NCBI RefSeq assembly: GCF_006345805.1 | Contig: NC_043016.1 | Coordinates: forward strand, 6,696,001-6,760,000 | From: Octopus sinensis | Lineage: Eukaryota | Length of the DNA: 64,000 bases | Direction of reading: 5' to 3' | Part shown: positions 50,036 to 61,879 of the stretch, one piece after another | Position numbering within the stretch: position 1 is the stretch's first letter | Layout: every line of letters starts with the position of its first letter | Program-made: the position numbers and the translations under genes | Notes under the pieces: model-generated | The model's input: the letters and a program-made list of their open reading frames with translations, nothing else | Database searches by the model: none | What the model was told of the DNA's origin: nothing

Positions 50036-50253
50036 TATGTGAAGTTTTTAAAAAAAAACGTATACATATAAATACAGAAGACAAATGTTATGGATGAAAA
50101 AGGAAATGGTAAAGATAAAGATGTAAATTATGAATACAAAATAATGCGATATTTCCGACTTAACTACATTGATGCAATTGATCATTAGAAATTGTTAATT
50201 ATTAATGCACGCAACGCTATATTAATAGCACGAAGTCACTTTTTACAGTTTGG

Positions 50254-50312
<59 letters not shown>

Positions 50313-50474
50313 TATATACATACATATATATATATATATACACATATACATATATACATATATACATATACATCTATAGATATACATCCATATATACATA
50401 TACATACATACATACATACATACATACATACATAATATATATATATATATATATACATACATACATATATATGT

Positions 50475-50520
<46 letters not shown>

Positions 50521-50668
50521 TACATATTTAGATAGATAAATATATACATATATGTACATATATAAACACACACATAAATATACATACACACACACATATA
50601 TATATATGTATATATACTCAAACTACTTATACGTTCTCAGTATATAAATATGCACACACACACACGCG

Positions 50669-50717
<49 letters not shown>

Positions 50718-51059
50718 ACAAAGCCTTTCGGGTTTGTTTATATAAATATTATTTATGTAGTATAAAGACGGTTTAAGTATATATTAAATTTGACTGAAAT
50801 TGATAGATGAGCCTTTGACTAATCAGATTCGTAAGGAGCCATGAAAGCACCGATATGTGGGTTCGATTCAGCCTGAGGTCAGCTCGTCATTTTTCGGTCA
50901 TTTGTTTATATTTAAAAATTGTCGCTTTAAAACTGGAGAATAAATATCATTATGCTGTATATTATATACAGTTATTATACAGTAATGATACTATGAGCCT
51001 TCCATAGAAGCTTTCTCTCCGTAACTCGCAAAGCCTTTCGGGTTTGTTTATAAAAATAT

Positions 51060-51280
51060 TATTTATTAAACTGAAAGTATTATCTCACATTACAATAGAG
51101 ATGTTATTGTTTCACTTTTGACTTGTAATACTGAAATATTGTAAGAGATAAGAGATTGTTCCGGGCTTGCATTAGGCAGGAAATTGAAAATGCTTTGGCC
51201 CATGACACTGCACTAACCCTAAGTCAGGCATGTGCAACAATTTGAATGAAATCGGTTGGGTAGTTCTCGAGTTTTAGTGT
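51060..51280 (+). mobile_element. Fragment of the 39240-39625 family
   Basis: ATTACAATAGAGATGTT..TGTTTCAC..TAATACTGAAATA..GCCCATGACACT..TTTGAATGAAATCGGTTGGGTAGTTCTCGAGTT. Confidence 0.7.
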
Positions 51281-51344
51281 TGTATGTGTGTGTGTGTGTG
51301 TATGTGTGTGTATGTATGTGTGTGTGTATGTGTGTGTGTATGTA

Positions 51345-51375
<31 letters not shown>

Positions 51376-51691
51376 GCGTGCGCGCGCGTGTATATGATGG
51401 AAGACGACGTATGAATGTTCAGTTTTTTCTGAACGACCGGTACAAAAAAAATCTATTCGTGTACAAACGCTCAAACATAATGCAAGTGAGCAACGCAATA
51501 GACACACACACACACATGTGCAAACAAGCACGAACTCCTACAAGCATACACACGCATAAAAACACTAAGTTACATTAAGTTACATAGGTACGCAAGAATG
51601 TCTGTTTTTCTTTTAGACGAAGATAAAAGATCCTGCAACGTAAGAATGTGACTAGGTTATAGGATGAAAAAATAGATATTAAACGGATGTA

Positions 51692-52397
51692 CTAGGTTGA
51701 ATCAAAAAATTTGTTCATAGTTCAAACAAATTAAATGTGAAAGGCGTTTGTTAATCAAAATATATCCCGTCATATTCTGCTGTCTGTTACCATCGTTGTG
51801 CCAGAAGCTCAATTCCACGCTTATGCCATTCGTTTGCCCATATTCATATATCCTTGAACCTGATCGTTGGTCAGTTCTCGACTGCATCTATTCTCAAGGT
51901 CAAGTTTATGGAGGTGTCGAGTAATGGTTCTTTGTGAAAGACCAAATTCTGTCGACAATTCTAAGAGTGTTTGTGCTTGATTGTTGTTCAGTCATTTCAA
52001 GGAAAGCTTTATATTCCACAACAGGTGTCTTTGATCTTGGTCTGTTTTCGAGGTACGTGTCATCTTCCTTGAAACGTCTGAACCCGTTTTGTACCACACT
52101 TTCGTTGTCGGTTCCTGGGCCTTCCACATCATCAATTTCTTTTGTCGATGCCCTTGCACTCAATCCTTTCTTCCAATTATGGCGTAAAATGGTTCTAGTC
52201 GCTATTTTTTCACTACTCATTTTCGAATCTGTAAAACAAAGAATAGACAATGTTTATATGTTATACATGAAAATAAGGAATAAACAGTTCAGCAAAGATT
52301 GTAAAACAAGTTTCATGACATTTATGAAATATCATGGAGATACAAGTTGCTAAAAATCATTAGTGAAAACCCGAAAAACACTTTTGACTCAACCTGG
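51692..52397 (-). mobile_element. Internally deleted mariner transposon with TIRs and TA TSD
   Basis: MSSEKIATRTILRHNWKKGLSARA..GPGT..FRRFKEDD..LENRPRS (HTH region); C-terminal GIELLAQRW..YDGIYFD*; TIRs CTAGGTTGAATCAAAA and reverse complement of TTTTGACTCAACCTGG; TA on both sides. Confidence 0.88.
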
Positions 52398-52549
52398 TAG
52401 CTCAAGCAAACTGAATGTAATTGTTGTCCATGTATAAATACATTCATTTAAATATTCACCGCATAATATTACTCTTTCTAATTGAGTATTATCGCAAAAT
52501 AATTTGTAATTCAGCCTAACTAACGGGTCTCTTTAACGGAAAAGTGTAT

Positions 52550-52700
52550 TAAGACCTTCGATGAAGATCCTAAAACACTGCAGGGTCCGAGGGAATATGG
52601 CACCTCACTTCAACCATCTTCTGATGACCAGATACTGCTCATTGATAAGAAAGACACTCTTTGATGCTGGAAAGAACATTTTTGACACTACCGTTAATAA
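52550..52700 (+). pseudogene. RTE-clade ORF fragment
   Basis: LQGPREYGTSLQPSSDDQILLIDKKDTL*CWKEHF resembles the RTE linker ahead of RT. Confidence 0.55.
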
Positions 52701-53299
52701 CACATTAATAATTGGTAAAAATCATTACCATTTTCCATAAGAAGCCTAGAAATAGATCAGCTGTATTGCGAGCAATGATTCAAAGAAGACCAGGGTTCCA
52801 TCGAGCAACTTAGAAAAAATGTAAACTGTTTTTTTCAGAAATCTAAAAGTTCGGTGGGAAAAGGCAGACTTAGAAATTCGTTGGATTATTTTTAGTTAAC
52901 TTAGTCTGCTATATTTATCAGTACTTCTAGAAAGCACTTCTTCAAGAATAAAGGCAGAAAAAGTTATCTGTGACAATTTAACGCAGCCTTTCTCACTTTA
53001 AAGATATTCTAGCGAAATCTTCTTTTACGTAATAATGGATAGAATAATAAGCCTCCTGATAAATAGCACTTACTTCGATTAGTAGTTCAAATCACTGGAA
53101 CATTAATAAAATATAAGGGAGCTATTTTTTCAGAGAGAAGAATTATTGCTACGTTCAAAAATGCAGTATAATACTTACTTGAAAAAGTAGAGTTTAAGGA
53201 ATGTATTTGCTACATACTTCTAGTGTACGACCACTCTGAAACTGACTTCAGGTAACGAAAAATGAAGATATGAAGAGCTTGACTTCAATTCACGAATAC

Positions 53300-53405
53300 T
53301 GCGGATTCACGATATCCGCTTCGGCAATGACACCCCGGTCTCACGCCATTTCCGCTCTACCGGTCACTCTTTGCAACACCTGTCCGTGTTCGGATTGTCC
53401 TTGCA
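53300..53405 (+). pseudogene. Penelope-like GIY-YIG endonuclease fragment
   Basis: RIHDIRFGNDTPVSRHFRSTGHSLQHLSVFGL. Confidence 0.65.
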
Positions 53406-53439
53406 ATATATATATATACATATATATATAATTTTATAT

Positions 53440-53497
<58 letters not shown>

Positions 53498-53536
53498 TAT
53501 ATATATATAATATAATTTTATATATTATATAGACAC

Positions 53537-53960
53537 ATGTGTGGCTGTGTGGTAAGAAGTTTGCTTCTCAACCGTATGGTTCCAGGTTCATTCTCAATTC
53601 ATGGCACCTTGGGCAAATGTCTTCTACTATAGCCTCAGGCCTTGTGAGTGGATTAGTTAGACGGAAACTGAAAGAATCCCGTCGTATGCACCCACGAGCA
53701 CACACACACACAACACACACACACACACACACACATGTGTGCGTATGTATGTATGTGTGTATGTGTGTGTGTGTGGGCGTGTGTATGTGAGTATGTATGT
53801 GTCTTTGTGTTTGTGCTTGTTTCTCACCATCGCTTGGCAACAGGTTTTGATATGTCTACATGCCCATAACTTAGCATTTCGGTGAGAGAGACCAATACTA
53901 TAAGTACCAGACTTTAAAAGAAAACAAGTGTTGACGTCGATATGTTCGACTAAAAATTCT
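53537..53960 (+). mobile_element. OR/OK-type SINE, diverged
   Basis: GTGGCTGTGTGGTAAGAAG...CTTGGGCAAATGTCTTCTACTATAGCC...AAGGCGGTTCCCCAAG. Confidence 0.82.
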
Positions 53961-54099
53961 TCAAGGCGGTTCCCCAAGTAAGAAAAGTAGAAAAAGTAAA
54001 AAAAAGATATAAATACACACATGTAGTAGAAGGGACTTGTCGTAGGTGCTGCGAAATGGGACTAAACCTGGAACCATGCGGCTGGAAAAGCAAAGTCGA

Positions 54100-54600
54100 T
54101 TTAGGCTGTATTTGAATTAAGAACGCTGTGAGTCAGAATCTCTTCTATTGGTGGTTTTGCTCGAAGGAGATACTTTGCAAAGTGTTGTATCACTCTTGAA
54201 TACTGTCCATATGGGCCGCATAACTTTTGTATCTTTTGTATGGCTGCATATCTTTTGTATGTAGAAGAGAATATGACCAAACACTGTGTGTACTCCATCC
54301 CGTGCAACTGTGGTAGGTTATACAAAGGCGAAACATGCCGCCCCCTCAAAATAAGGGTAGAGGAACATCGCAAAACTGTGACACGAGGAGATATTGACAA
54401 ATTAGCTATAGCTGATCATGTATGGAAAAATGGAGACCACCTCCCCTTGTGGGATGAAGTCAAAATAATAGACAGAGAACACCATTGGAAAATACGAAAA
54501 CTAAAAGAAGCAGCACATATGCTGGAACACAACAACCTCCTAGGCAGACCGAGTGCAGATATGAGTAGCATATGAAACCGGTATTAAGGAAGGATAGGAA
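54100..54600 (+). pseudogene. Penelope-like GIY-YIG endonuclease remnant; upstream linker (54100-54245) is inverted
   Basis: CVYSIPCNCGRLYKGETCRPLKIRVEEHRK..IADHVW..WDEVKIIDREHHWKIRKLKEAAHM; minus strand KIQKLCGPY..KYLLRAKPPIEE. Confidence 0.88.
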
Positions 54601-54645
54601 ATTATTAGATTTATAAGCCCTAAAATTCACTCCATAATTGCCCAC

Positions 54646-54845
54646 GGGCATATGGCGTAGTGGTTTAGAGCGCGGGATACTAACCCCAGGATTCCGAGTT
54701 CGACTTGAGCTATAATAAAAATGCTAATAATAATACCTTAGGAATGAGAACCCAGGTTCGAAATTTCCCCAAGACATCTGATGAAACGTTGTGTTAACAA
54801 CAAACAAGGTGAGGTCAAATAACCGTCGAATGAAAATAATGTACT
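54646..54845 (+). mobile_element. tRNA-like head + TAA linker + hammerhead-type tail (stem II deleted)
   Basis: A-box TGGCGTAGTGG (54652), B-box GAGTTCGAC (54696), then sequence matching 21030-21195 with GACATCTGATGAAACGTTGTGTT. Confidence 0.7.
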
Positions 54846-55210
54846 TTTGAGAGCCCCTCATATATCTATATTTTCGTGCATGGAGATATGGATGCATCAA
54901 ATGCTGAACTTACATATGTGTGTACGATGTTGTCTGCATATGTTTCCGTAATCACTGCAACAAATATTCAAACTGAAAAAGTATATTAAAAGAACTACGA
55001 AAACAAAAGAAATAGTGGAAAAAATTATTCACGTGTCAATTTGGCGGCATATAATTTTAACAACAACAACAATAATAATATAATTATAATATAATTAAAA
55101 GATACATATAATTATAATCATATAATTAAAATATAATCATATAATTTAATGTAAAATAATATAATTATAATTGTGTATTTATTTTTTAATTACAATATTT
55201 ATATAATTAT

Positions 55211-55430
55211 TGAAGACGGCGAGCTGACAGACTCGTGACTGTGCCGAGCAAAATACTTAGCGACATTTTCTCCGTCTTTACATTGAGAGATCAAATGCCG
55301 TTGGGGGCCAGCCTTGACTTTCATTCTTTGGAGGTCGATAAAATAAGTAGCAGTTGGACAACGGTGTCGATGTAATCCACTTTCCCCTCTCCTCGAAATT
55401 GTTGGTCTTGTGTCAAACTTTGAAGCCAAT
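55211..55430 (+). mobile_element. tRNA-derived SINE (GGCGGCGAGCTG head family), diverged, alternative tail
   Basis: GACGGCGAGCTGACAGA..TTTCATTCTTTGGAGGTCGATAAAATAAGTAGCAGTT..GTCGATGTAATC. Confidence 0.75.
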
Positions 55431-56371
55431 GTTTATATAATTATTATACGAATATGCTATTTAATGAGAACGGCGACAAATTGCATATAGCAATCATAAT
55501 CTTTAATAATGCGGAGTAGAAGGGTATATTACACTATATTGCATTACATTATACCATTATTAAATTGATTGAAGGATCAAAGAGTATAGGAATATATATA
55601 ATGAATACATTGGATACGTTTCTTCAGGAAAATGTGATTACAGTTTACATTAGTTTACATTACTAATGTAAGAAATGAAGATGGTAGAAATGTATGTGTG
55701 TGTGTGTGTGTGCGTGTGTGTGTGTACGTATTGCATATAATATAGATTAATCATTTTAAGATAACCTTGATACGGTTCGGTACTGTTTCGCGTCAACAAT
55801 GGATCAAGGAATATTAAAGTCAACTTTATATGTGCGTGTGTGTGTATAACATGAAAGAAGGAAATTGGAGAATTATGGATGTATAATTAATTTATTTGTA
55901 TGATATGCAGTTGGAAGTTTTTTTTTTATAAAAAGCAATACTAATAAATTATAAAACTAAAAAAAAAAGAAATGGCAGATGCCAAAACCTACATATATAT
56001 TGCGCTTTATGCCCCTAGGTAATTCGTAATTCTAAGCATTGGTCATCATTTTCAACTATGAGGGGCAGAATCTCATCAGGGCTTCATGAGCTTATACAAC
56101 AAAGGTTAACCTATTTCTTGAAAGGACGTAAGTTTAAGAAGTAAGATCATATAAATATTATGCGTATGTATTTAGCTAGTGAATTATTGATGTTAAGGAA
56201 AGATAAAATAAAATGAAATAACAAAAATAAGGTAGAGTAAGAAGATAAAAAGTAAAGAAGAATATAAATGTATGTAAAATATATAATATATAAATTTAGA
56301 TAAAGTATGCAAGGGAAGAAAAAATTTATATAATAAAATAAATGAAAGATAAGATAGAGTTACACAAATGC

Positions 56372-56735
56372 TAGAACTGGGCGCCACTGCATAGTGCCAA
56401 GGACTCCAAATTTGCCATCAAGATATAGGACAAGATACTGTGATAGCCTGGGCTTCAGAAGTCCACAGCTCTTCAATATCCTCCCGAAGAACCTGAGAGA
56501 CCTGCATGGAGTGGATGCAGATGTCTTTAAAATAAAACTGCATTTCTTCCTGTCAGGTGTCCCGGATGAACCAACTTCACGGCAGGAGGTGCAGATGAGG
56601 GCAGCTGCATCGAACTCTCTCATGCACCAAATGGCAATTGCTAAAAAGCATTCGTGAAGTAAAATCATGTAGCAACACCAAATGGCGATGCCCCAGCATG
56701 GCCACAGCTCGTGAACTGAAACTAGATAAAATTAA
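56372..56735 (+). mobile_element. CR1/L2-group LINE 3' fragment, same family as 25465-26355
   Basis: MPRTPNLPSRYRTRYCDSLGFRSPQLFNILPKNLRDL..FLSGVPDEP..AAASNSLMHQ; same 3' tail. Confidence 0.92.
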
Positions 56736-56968
56736 AAAAATAAAATAAAATAAGTAAAAAAAAAATTAGTCGACCATGGTTTGGTAATAGATACGGTTCA
56801 GGAAATCTATGGATGCTTAGCGTCCAGATCAGATTGTGTCATATTTAAAATCAATTATAGACAAAAGTTTGAAATATCTGACCTTTAAGATATGTATCTT
56901 GAAAGTCTTGCATGTAAACTCATAGTCATCAATATATTACGCGTATATATTTATGTATTTACACAATC

Positions 56969-57036
<68 letters not shown>

Positions 57037-57049
57037 GTGTGTGTGTGAC

Positions 57050-57245
57050 CGCATGTGTACCGTTAGCGATTTTTTTCTCCCGTCTTCCCTTCCTTGAATC
57101 TTTCCTATTCCTATGTTTATGACGAAGAGCTCCGCTCGAAACGTTAAATCCTCCTTCTTTCTTTCCTTTCCTGAGCGTCCAAAAACACTACACTTGTTCC
57201 ACGTATGTTGTGTTTTCTCTTTGTGTTTTCATGTTTGGATTAACT
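57050..57245 (+). mobile_element. Penelope-type pseudo-LTR-like repeat with hammerhead-like motif (57115-57149)
   Basis: GUUU-AUGACGA-A-GAGC(UCC)GCUC-GAA-ACGU-U/AAAU. Confidence 0.72.
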
Positions 57246-57261
57246 ATATATATGTACATGT

Positions 57262-57459
57262 ATATTCTCTTTACTCTTTTACTCTTTTACTTGTTTCGGT
57301 CATTTGACTGTGGCCATGCTGGAGCACCGCCTTTAGTCGAGCAAATCAACCCCAGGACTTATTCTTTGTAAGCCTAGTACTTATTCTATCGGGCTCTTTT
57401 TGCCGAACCGCTAAGTTACGATTGTCAAGCGATGTTGGGGGACAAGCATAAACAAACAA

Positions 57460-57496
<37 letters not shown>

Positions 57497-57670
57497 TATA
57501 TACATATATATGACGGGCTTCTTTCAGTTTCCGTCTACCAAATCCACTCACAAGGCTTTGGCCCGAGGCTATAGTAGAAGACACTTGGTTAAGGTGCCAC
57601 GCAGTGGGACTGAACCCGGAACCATGTGGTTGGTAAGTAAGCTACTTACCACACAACCACTCCTACGCCT
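57262..57670 (-). mobile_element. OR/OK-type SINE, near full length
   Basis: Reverse complement matches 16183-16577 with small deletions. Confidence 0.9.
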
Positions 57671-57682
57671 ATATATATATGT

Positions 57683-57714
<32 letters not shown>

Positions 57715-57802
57715 ATAATATATATTAGGGAATGAATCCAAAATTACAGGGAAAAAATCAGATTTAGGGTTAAATCCAATTTTATAGTAAAATATTATAT
57801 AA

Positions 57803-58086
57803 TATAATTCGAGACAAAACCACTATTTTAAAACCAAACAAGGAAAGACTTAATCAATACATAAAATTTTAATATAAATTAATAAACCGCCACTACAAAT
57901 GTTTCATGTCTGCTACCGACAATCTTCAGGTGGATTTTCGATCTTCTAATCGGTATCAAATTTTGAAGATTGTCGGTAGCAGACATGAAACATTTGTAGT
58001 GGTTTATTAATTTATATTAAAATTTTATGTATTGATTAAGTCTTTCCTTGTTTGGTTTTAAAATAGTGGTTTTGTCTCGAATTATA
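57803..58086. repeat. Near-perfect inverted repeat, about 125-bp arms, 35-nt loop, between (TA)n tracts
   Basis: 57803-57928 versus reverse complement of 57964-58086; only a 3-nt indel seen. Confidence 0.95.
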
Positions 58087-58111
58087 TATATATATATATA
58101 TATATATAAAT

Positions 58112-58194
<83 letters not shown>

Positions 58195-58937
58195 TTCAAT
58201 ATATACGCATACGTATAAACACACACATGCACACATGCACACGCATACACACACGTATACACACTCGAACTCAAATACATATATCTATTAAACTTATTTT
58301 CATTTATTTATTTTCAGAAAATCTAAGTTGTTAGGAAGTTTTCTAATATCTAGAATTGATCAGTTAAGAGATCAAATAAAAGGAAAAGTTGAACGAGGGA
58401 CTGAACTGAAAAAGAATAAAATATAATATAACGAAATAAAATATAGTAGAATATATGGGAGCATATATTGGATATTTGATATAATGTAGCATAATATGTT
58501 TGTAATTAATAATATATTAACTAAATAAATAAGTAAATTGGAGATTTCTTCATCATATGTAGGAATTGCATATTACGTTTTATGAGGAAAATGTAGTATT
58601 TGTATTTATAAACGATGTTTTGCTAAAGTAGATTAAAACTATTTAGCAATTAAACCAAGTATTGATATTTAATGATAATTTAACAAATATTAATTATTAT
58701 ATAATTTACTCTGTGAAAATAAGAAGAAAGATATAACGCATATGCAAGGAATTTATATGTAAGGAAATGTCATTTATATATGTTACAAAAGAAATAAACC
58801 TGAATGGTTGTTGGAAGATGATCATTTATATAAATATATTATGCACATGTTAGAAATATGTATATTAACGCAAGATATTACATATTTTATATCGCATAAA
58901 ATTTTAGATATAAAAGCTAGTTCTAATATAGATCTAA

Positions 58938-59348
58938 GGCGGCGAGCTGGCAGAAACGTTAGCACGCCGGGCGAAATGCTTAGCGGTGTTTCGTCTGCCG
59001 TTACGCTCTGAGTTCAAATTCCGTCGAGGTCGACTTTGTCTTTCATCCTTTCGGAGTCGATAAATTAAGTACCAGTTGCGAACTGGGGTCGATGTAATCG
59101 ACTTAATCCGTTTGTCTGTCCTTGTTTGTCCTCTCTGTGTTTAGCCCCTTATGGGTAGTAAAGAAATAGGTATTTTGCCGTTACGTTCTGAGTTCAAATT
59201 ACGCCGAGGTCGACTTTGCCTTTCGTCTTTTCGGGGTCATTTAAATAATTACCAGTTACGTACTGGAGTCGATGTAATCGACTTAATCCGTTGGTCTGTC
59301 CTTGTTTGTCCTCTCTACGTTTAGCCCCCTGTGGGCAATAAGGACATA
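58938..59348 (+). mobile_element. tRNA-derived SINE with a tandemly repeated body and tail; tail resembles the Tx1 3' end
   Basis: GGCGGCGAGCTGGCAGAAACG.., B-box GAGTTCAAATTCC, CATCCTTTCGGAGTCGATAAATTAAGTACCAG; second unit from about 59176; TSD AATAT(A/G)GATCTAA (58925-58937, 59349-59361). Confidence 0.9.
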
Positions 59349-59399
59349 AATATGGATCTAATTAACTCAGTTTCTTATTTAGTAAAAATATTTACGGTT

Positions 59400-60730
59400 G
59401 ATAAGGAACCTAACAATTAGTTTTAGGAATAAATAAAGAATCATTAATGATATTTATAAAATAGATATTTAGAAGTGTGTAGCTGAGAATTTTTTAACTC
59501 TCATTTAATAACTGGTTACTAGAAAAAAAGGATGTTAGAGAACTCTGATGTGCAGAGTTGAAAATTCTATTTGGTGGACGGTAAGATTTTGCAGAACATA
59601 TAATCTTCCATCTAATTTTAAAACTGATATTACTGTCTTTTAATTTCCAGATGAATTTACTGAGACCGGTCGAAGAACGTTTATTAGGGTTTCTAAAAGA
59701 ACATTCGTGGTTCGCTATTCTATGTTTCACATATGATTCCGTAGAGCCAATATGGTAAAAGAGTTTCTCTTCAACTTTCTACTATAGCTTGGTATACTAA
59801 ATTCTTCTATTTGCTATAATTATTAATTATAATTATTAAATTTACATTGCTATTTAACCTTACAATCACAGACCTTACTAAGATTATCACTATAATTAAC
59901 AGGTGGGTTATGGACAGTAGGCTCCCTTCCATTGTTTATATTAAAATATTCAGACTTCCCTTTACATGGTACATTATGTGTTTGTTTGGGGAAGTTTTCG
60001 CTTAGCGTAAAGATTATCTAATTTTGCATAATTCATAGAAGATATATATCTAGAAAAAATATGGGAAATAGAATGACCAAATCTAAAGTGTCTATTCTGA
60101 ATTATTTCACTGTACATACCTTTTATTACGAGATAAGTGTTTGGTTTGTTTATTATCCGACGTATAACTTTAATTAAGTCTGTTTTTACTTCTTTAGCGA
60201 AGGGCAATAGCAACCAGCTAATATTCTCCTTTATTTTATATTTACTAGAATTGAGATTAATATAGTTTGTTATAGTGGATTTTATATAAGGTATATAATT
60301 TTTATTTCTTTTAATATTGTAATTAGTGTTAATGTTGCTATTGTTATTGTAAGGTCTCATGTTCATATTGATCTGGTCAATGGCTAATTTATTATTTATA
60401 TTGTTCTGATTTTGGTCAAATTGTTGGAGTGTAATATATGCATGTTTAGTCATTACCAGGATGTCCGTTAGCCTTAATCGATTAACTGTTTTATCCATAT
60501 TTATATTTTTTTTATTAATCATAACCTTAATCTTACGTTTTTCATATTTTGGTTATATTTACCTTCGTGCAGATGTTTAGGTTTGTTATTAATCGCATGC
60601 GAACAATACTTAATATATTTAATTTTCTGCTTTATATCCTGCTTTTGCCAATGCAATATTGTATAATTCTTCGTTTTCGTTAAATATATCCTTATTAAAT
60701 GAGAGGTAATTGATTCTTTTTTCTATGTTA
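59400..60730 (-). pseudogene. Highly decayed Penelope-like ORF (RT C-terminus, linker, GIY-YIG)
   Basis: RINYLS..IFNENEELYNIALAKAGYK; LPFAKEVKTD; LVYQA..YHIGSTESYVKHRIANHECSFRN..STGLSKFIWKLKD..RWKII. Confidence 0.7.
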
Positions 60731-60749
60731 TTAACTAGACAATTGGTAA

Positions 60750-61170
60750 TAGACTTTGTATGATAACTTTTAACATTGATATAAGTCATTTTAGGCTTAT
60801 AGTTAATCGAACTTTGGAACCCACCAAAGTAAAGGATGAAATAGAACTCAACCTTTTCTCATATATATATATCAATGGAATTAAATGCCGGAGTTATTCA
60901 AATTCTTTTACTTCCTACATATGTTTCGAAGACAACATTTGTATTATTCCAGAAGGAATAAAATGGTGTAATAATAAACAATTTAATTTGGAATGGAATA
61001 TTCTCTCTATTTCTTTACCGTATGATAAAAGTAAACGTTTCTGCTCGCTTTGTAATGGCGAAATGTTTTATATTCTATTCTCAAAGAATCCCCTTGTGAA
61101 CATGTTTACAGAACGCGTTTATCGTTTCAAACATTGGCAGAAACATATCTTTAGTTCCTTTAAGTGATTT
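60750..61170 (+). pseudogene. Penelope-like GIY-YIG C-terminal remnant, opposite orientation
   Basis: WNILSISLPYDKSKRFCSLCNGEMFYILFSKNPLVN..RFKHWQKH. Confidence 0.6.
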
Positions 61171-61624
61171 CTACCATTCTTTATAATTTGACCTTTGATT
61201 ATCTTCTTGTACTTCACTTCCACTAAATATATCTAATTCCACACTTTTAAGCTTTGTTCTAATTCACCCATCGCTCTATATTTCTCCACTATTAGTTTTC
61301 TGCTAATTTCTTTGCTTCCCCTCCTTCTCTTTCTATTTGCTACCTTTGACGTTATATCTACTAACGCTTCTTTTTTTAAAAAATCTTAATAGCCTTCCCT
61401 TCATCATTATAAGCAGTCGTCACATTCTGTTAAAATGTCTTATTGATTAGTTTGGTTTCTTTTTTTCCCTGATGAGAAGTTTGCATTGTTTTATACCATT
61501 TTATTCCTTCTGGAATTTGAATAACACCTGCGTTTAACTCCATTTATTTATTTATCTATATTATACAAAACATTTCACCTTAACCTGGAGTTTCTACCTT
61601 TATTTATTTAAAAAAAATTTTTTT

Positions 61625-61675
61625 TTTATCTAGTTTCAGCTCAAGAGCTGTGGCCATGCTGGGGCACCGCCATAG
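61625..61675 (-). mobile_element. CR1/L2-group 3' tail only
   Basis: Reverse complement GGCGGTGCCCCAGCATGGCCACAGCTCTTGAGCTGAAACTAGATAAAA. Confidence 0.85.
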
Positions 61676-61879
61676 GTTGTTACATCCTTGTTACTTGTGT
61701 GAATTTTTGCTACCCTGGTAACTGTTTATTTATTTTTTCCGTGAAATTTGTAAACACTGGGAAAACGCACATACATTCAAAACGGAGACACAACAATGTG
61801 GCAGATATGTCCACTGGTTGTTTTGCGGTAATGCAAAACTCGAGGGAGCTGAACAATAGTATGAACACAAGTCAGAGGG

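Noticed and set aside
48886-50621. HT/CV/YI-rich ORFs of 100-200 aa
   Set aside because: Dinucleotide microsatellite translations.
50810-50885. tRNA gene candidate (GGTTCGATTC ... GAGGTCA)
   Set aside because: T-stem and D-arm do not pair.
55605-55635. Minus-strand CTGAAGAAACGTA, like a stem-II-deleted hammerhead
   Set aside because: Single short match with weak stem I; cannot be told from chance in AT-rich DNA.
61465-61530. CTGATGAGAAG...CTTC after the Penelope-like ORF
   Set aside because: Position is suggestive, but GAAA and stem III are absent (TGGAATTT).
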